DNA of 50,992 bases from a candidate division WOR-3 bacterium. GTDB lineage: Bacteria; Hydrothermota; Hydrothermia; B15-G9; WFZT01. Each line of letters opens with the position of its first letter. Position 1 is the first letter of the stretch. A program made the translations under genes and the position numbers. The stretch is from positions 1 to 50,992 of the forward strand of contig JALUEE010000038.1 of the NCBI GenBank assembly GCA_027053075.1, read 5' to 3'. The notes under the pieces are model-generated. The model did no database searches. It was given only the letters and a program-made list of their open reading frames with translations, and was not told the origin of the DNA. Shown piece by piece: positions 48,724 to 50,992 of this stretch.

Positions 48724-49017
48724 GTTCACCTCCCATAAACGTTTTGTGTTCACATATTATAGTGGATGTTCGAATTTTAAATCAAGTAAGCGCATGTTTA
48801 ATTAAATGAGTAACTTACGACTAATCTGTGGTAATTGATATCAATTTTAAGATTGGAAAAAGTTTCAAAATTAGAAAACATCCGCTAAATATAGATGTAA
48901 ACATCATTTTCATAAAATTTGCTATCTGTCTTGACAGAACTTTTGAAAGCAGGTAATTAAATAATCCAAACCGATGAGTTGGAAAATCCTAAAAACACCC
49001 ATTAAGGAGGTGGGCAA

Positions 49018-50951
<1,934 letters not shown>

Positions 50952-50974
50952 GAAAGATAAAATTTTGAATTAAT

Positions 50975-50992
50975 GTGAGGGGGGGCGGCGCC
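50975..50992 (+). terminator. Left arm of a probable hairpin after groEL, cut off by the window end
   Basis: GTGAGGGGGGGCGGCGCC resembles the left arm of the 21706-21736 hairpin. Confidence 0.4.

Overview
A 51 kb chromosomal window from a diderm bacterium (bamA present), probably an anaerobe or thermophile, with several gene modules otherwise typical of archaea. It is mostly housekeeping genes: rimO-nusB-hisC, yebC-ruvCAB, an S9 peptidase, an acyl-CoA ligase, hisF-hisA/I/E fusion-hisD, an isocitrate dehydrogenase-family gene with iorAB, a ~12.6 kb minus-strand run (TPR-clpC-bamA-degP-DUF432-like-mscS-rsmD-coaD-lppC-like-nuoF-folK), iclR and groES-groEL. The notable accessory signals are: (1) what looks like a decayed, co-oriented integron at ~27.3-29.7 kb, made of a degenerate tyrosine-recombinase C-terminus, an attI-like site, an AT-rich OLD-family ATPase/TOPRIM nuclease cassette closed by a clear attC, and a second cassette remnant interrupted by an intact IS1634-family element; (2) a family of MITE-like elements with GAGCYTGTTCGAAAA-type ends and purine/pyrimidine hairpin cargo, whose ends lie 7-9 bp upstream of predicted sigma70 -35 boxes in four cases; (3) an uncharacterised KaiC-like ATPase / HTH / DUF505-like / SDH-protease cluster; (4) a GGDEF-STAND-like-TPR protein with a possible structured ncRNA next to it. 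All calls come from reading motifs by eye; no searches were run.
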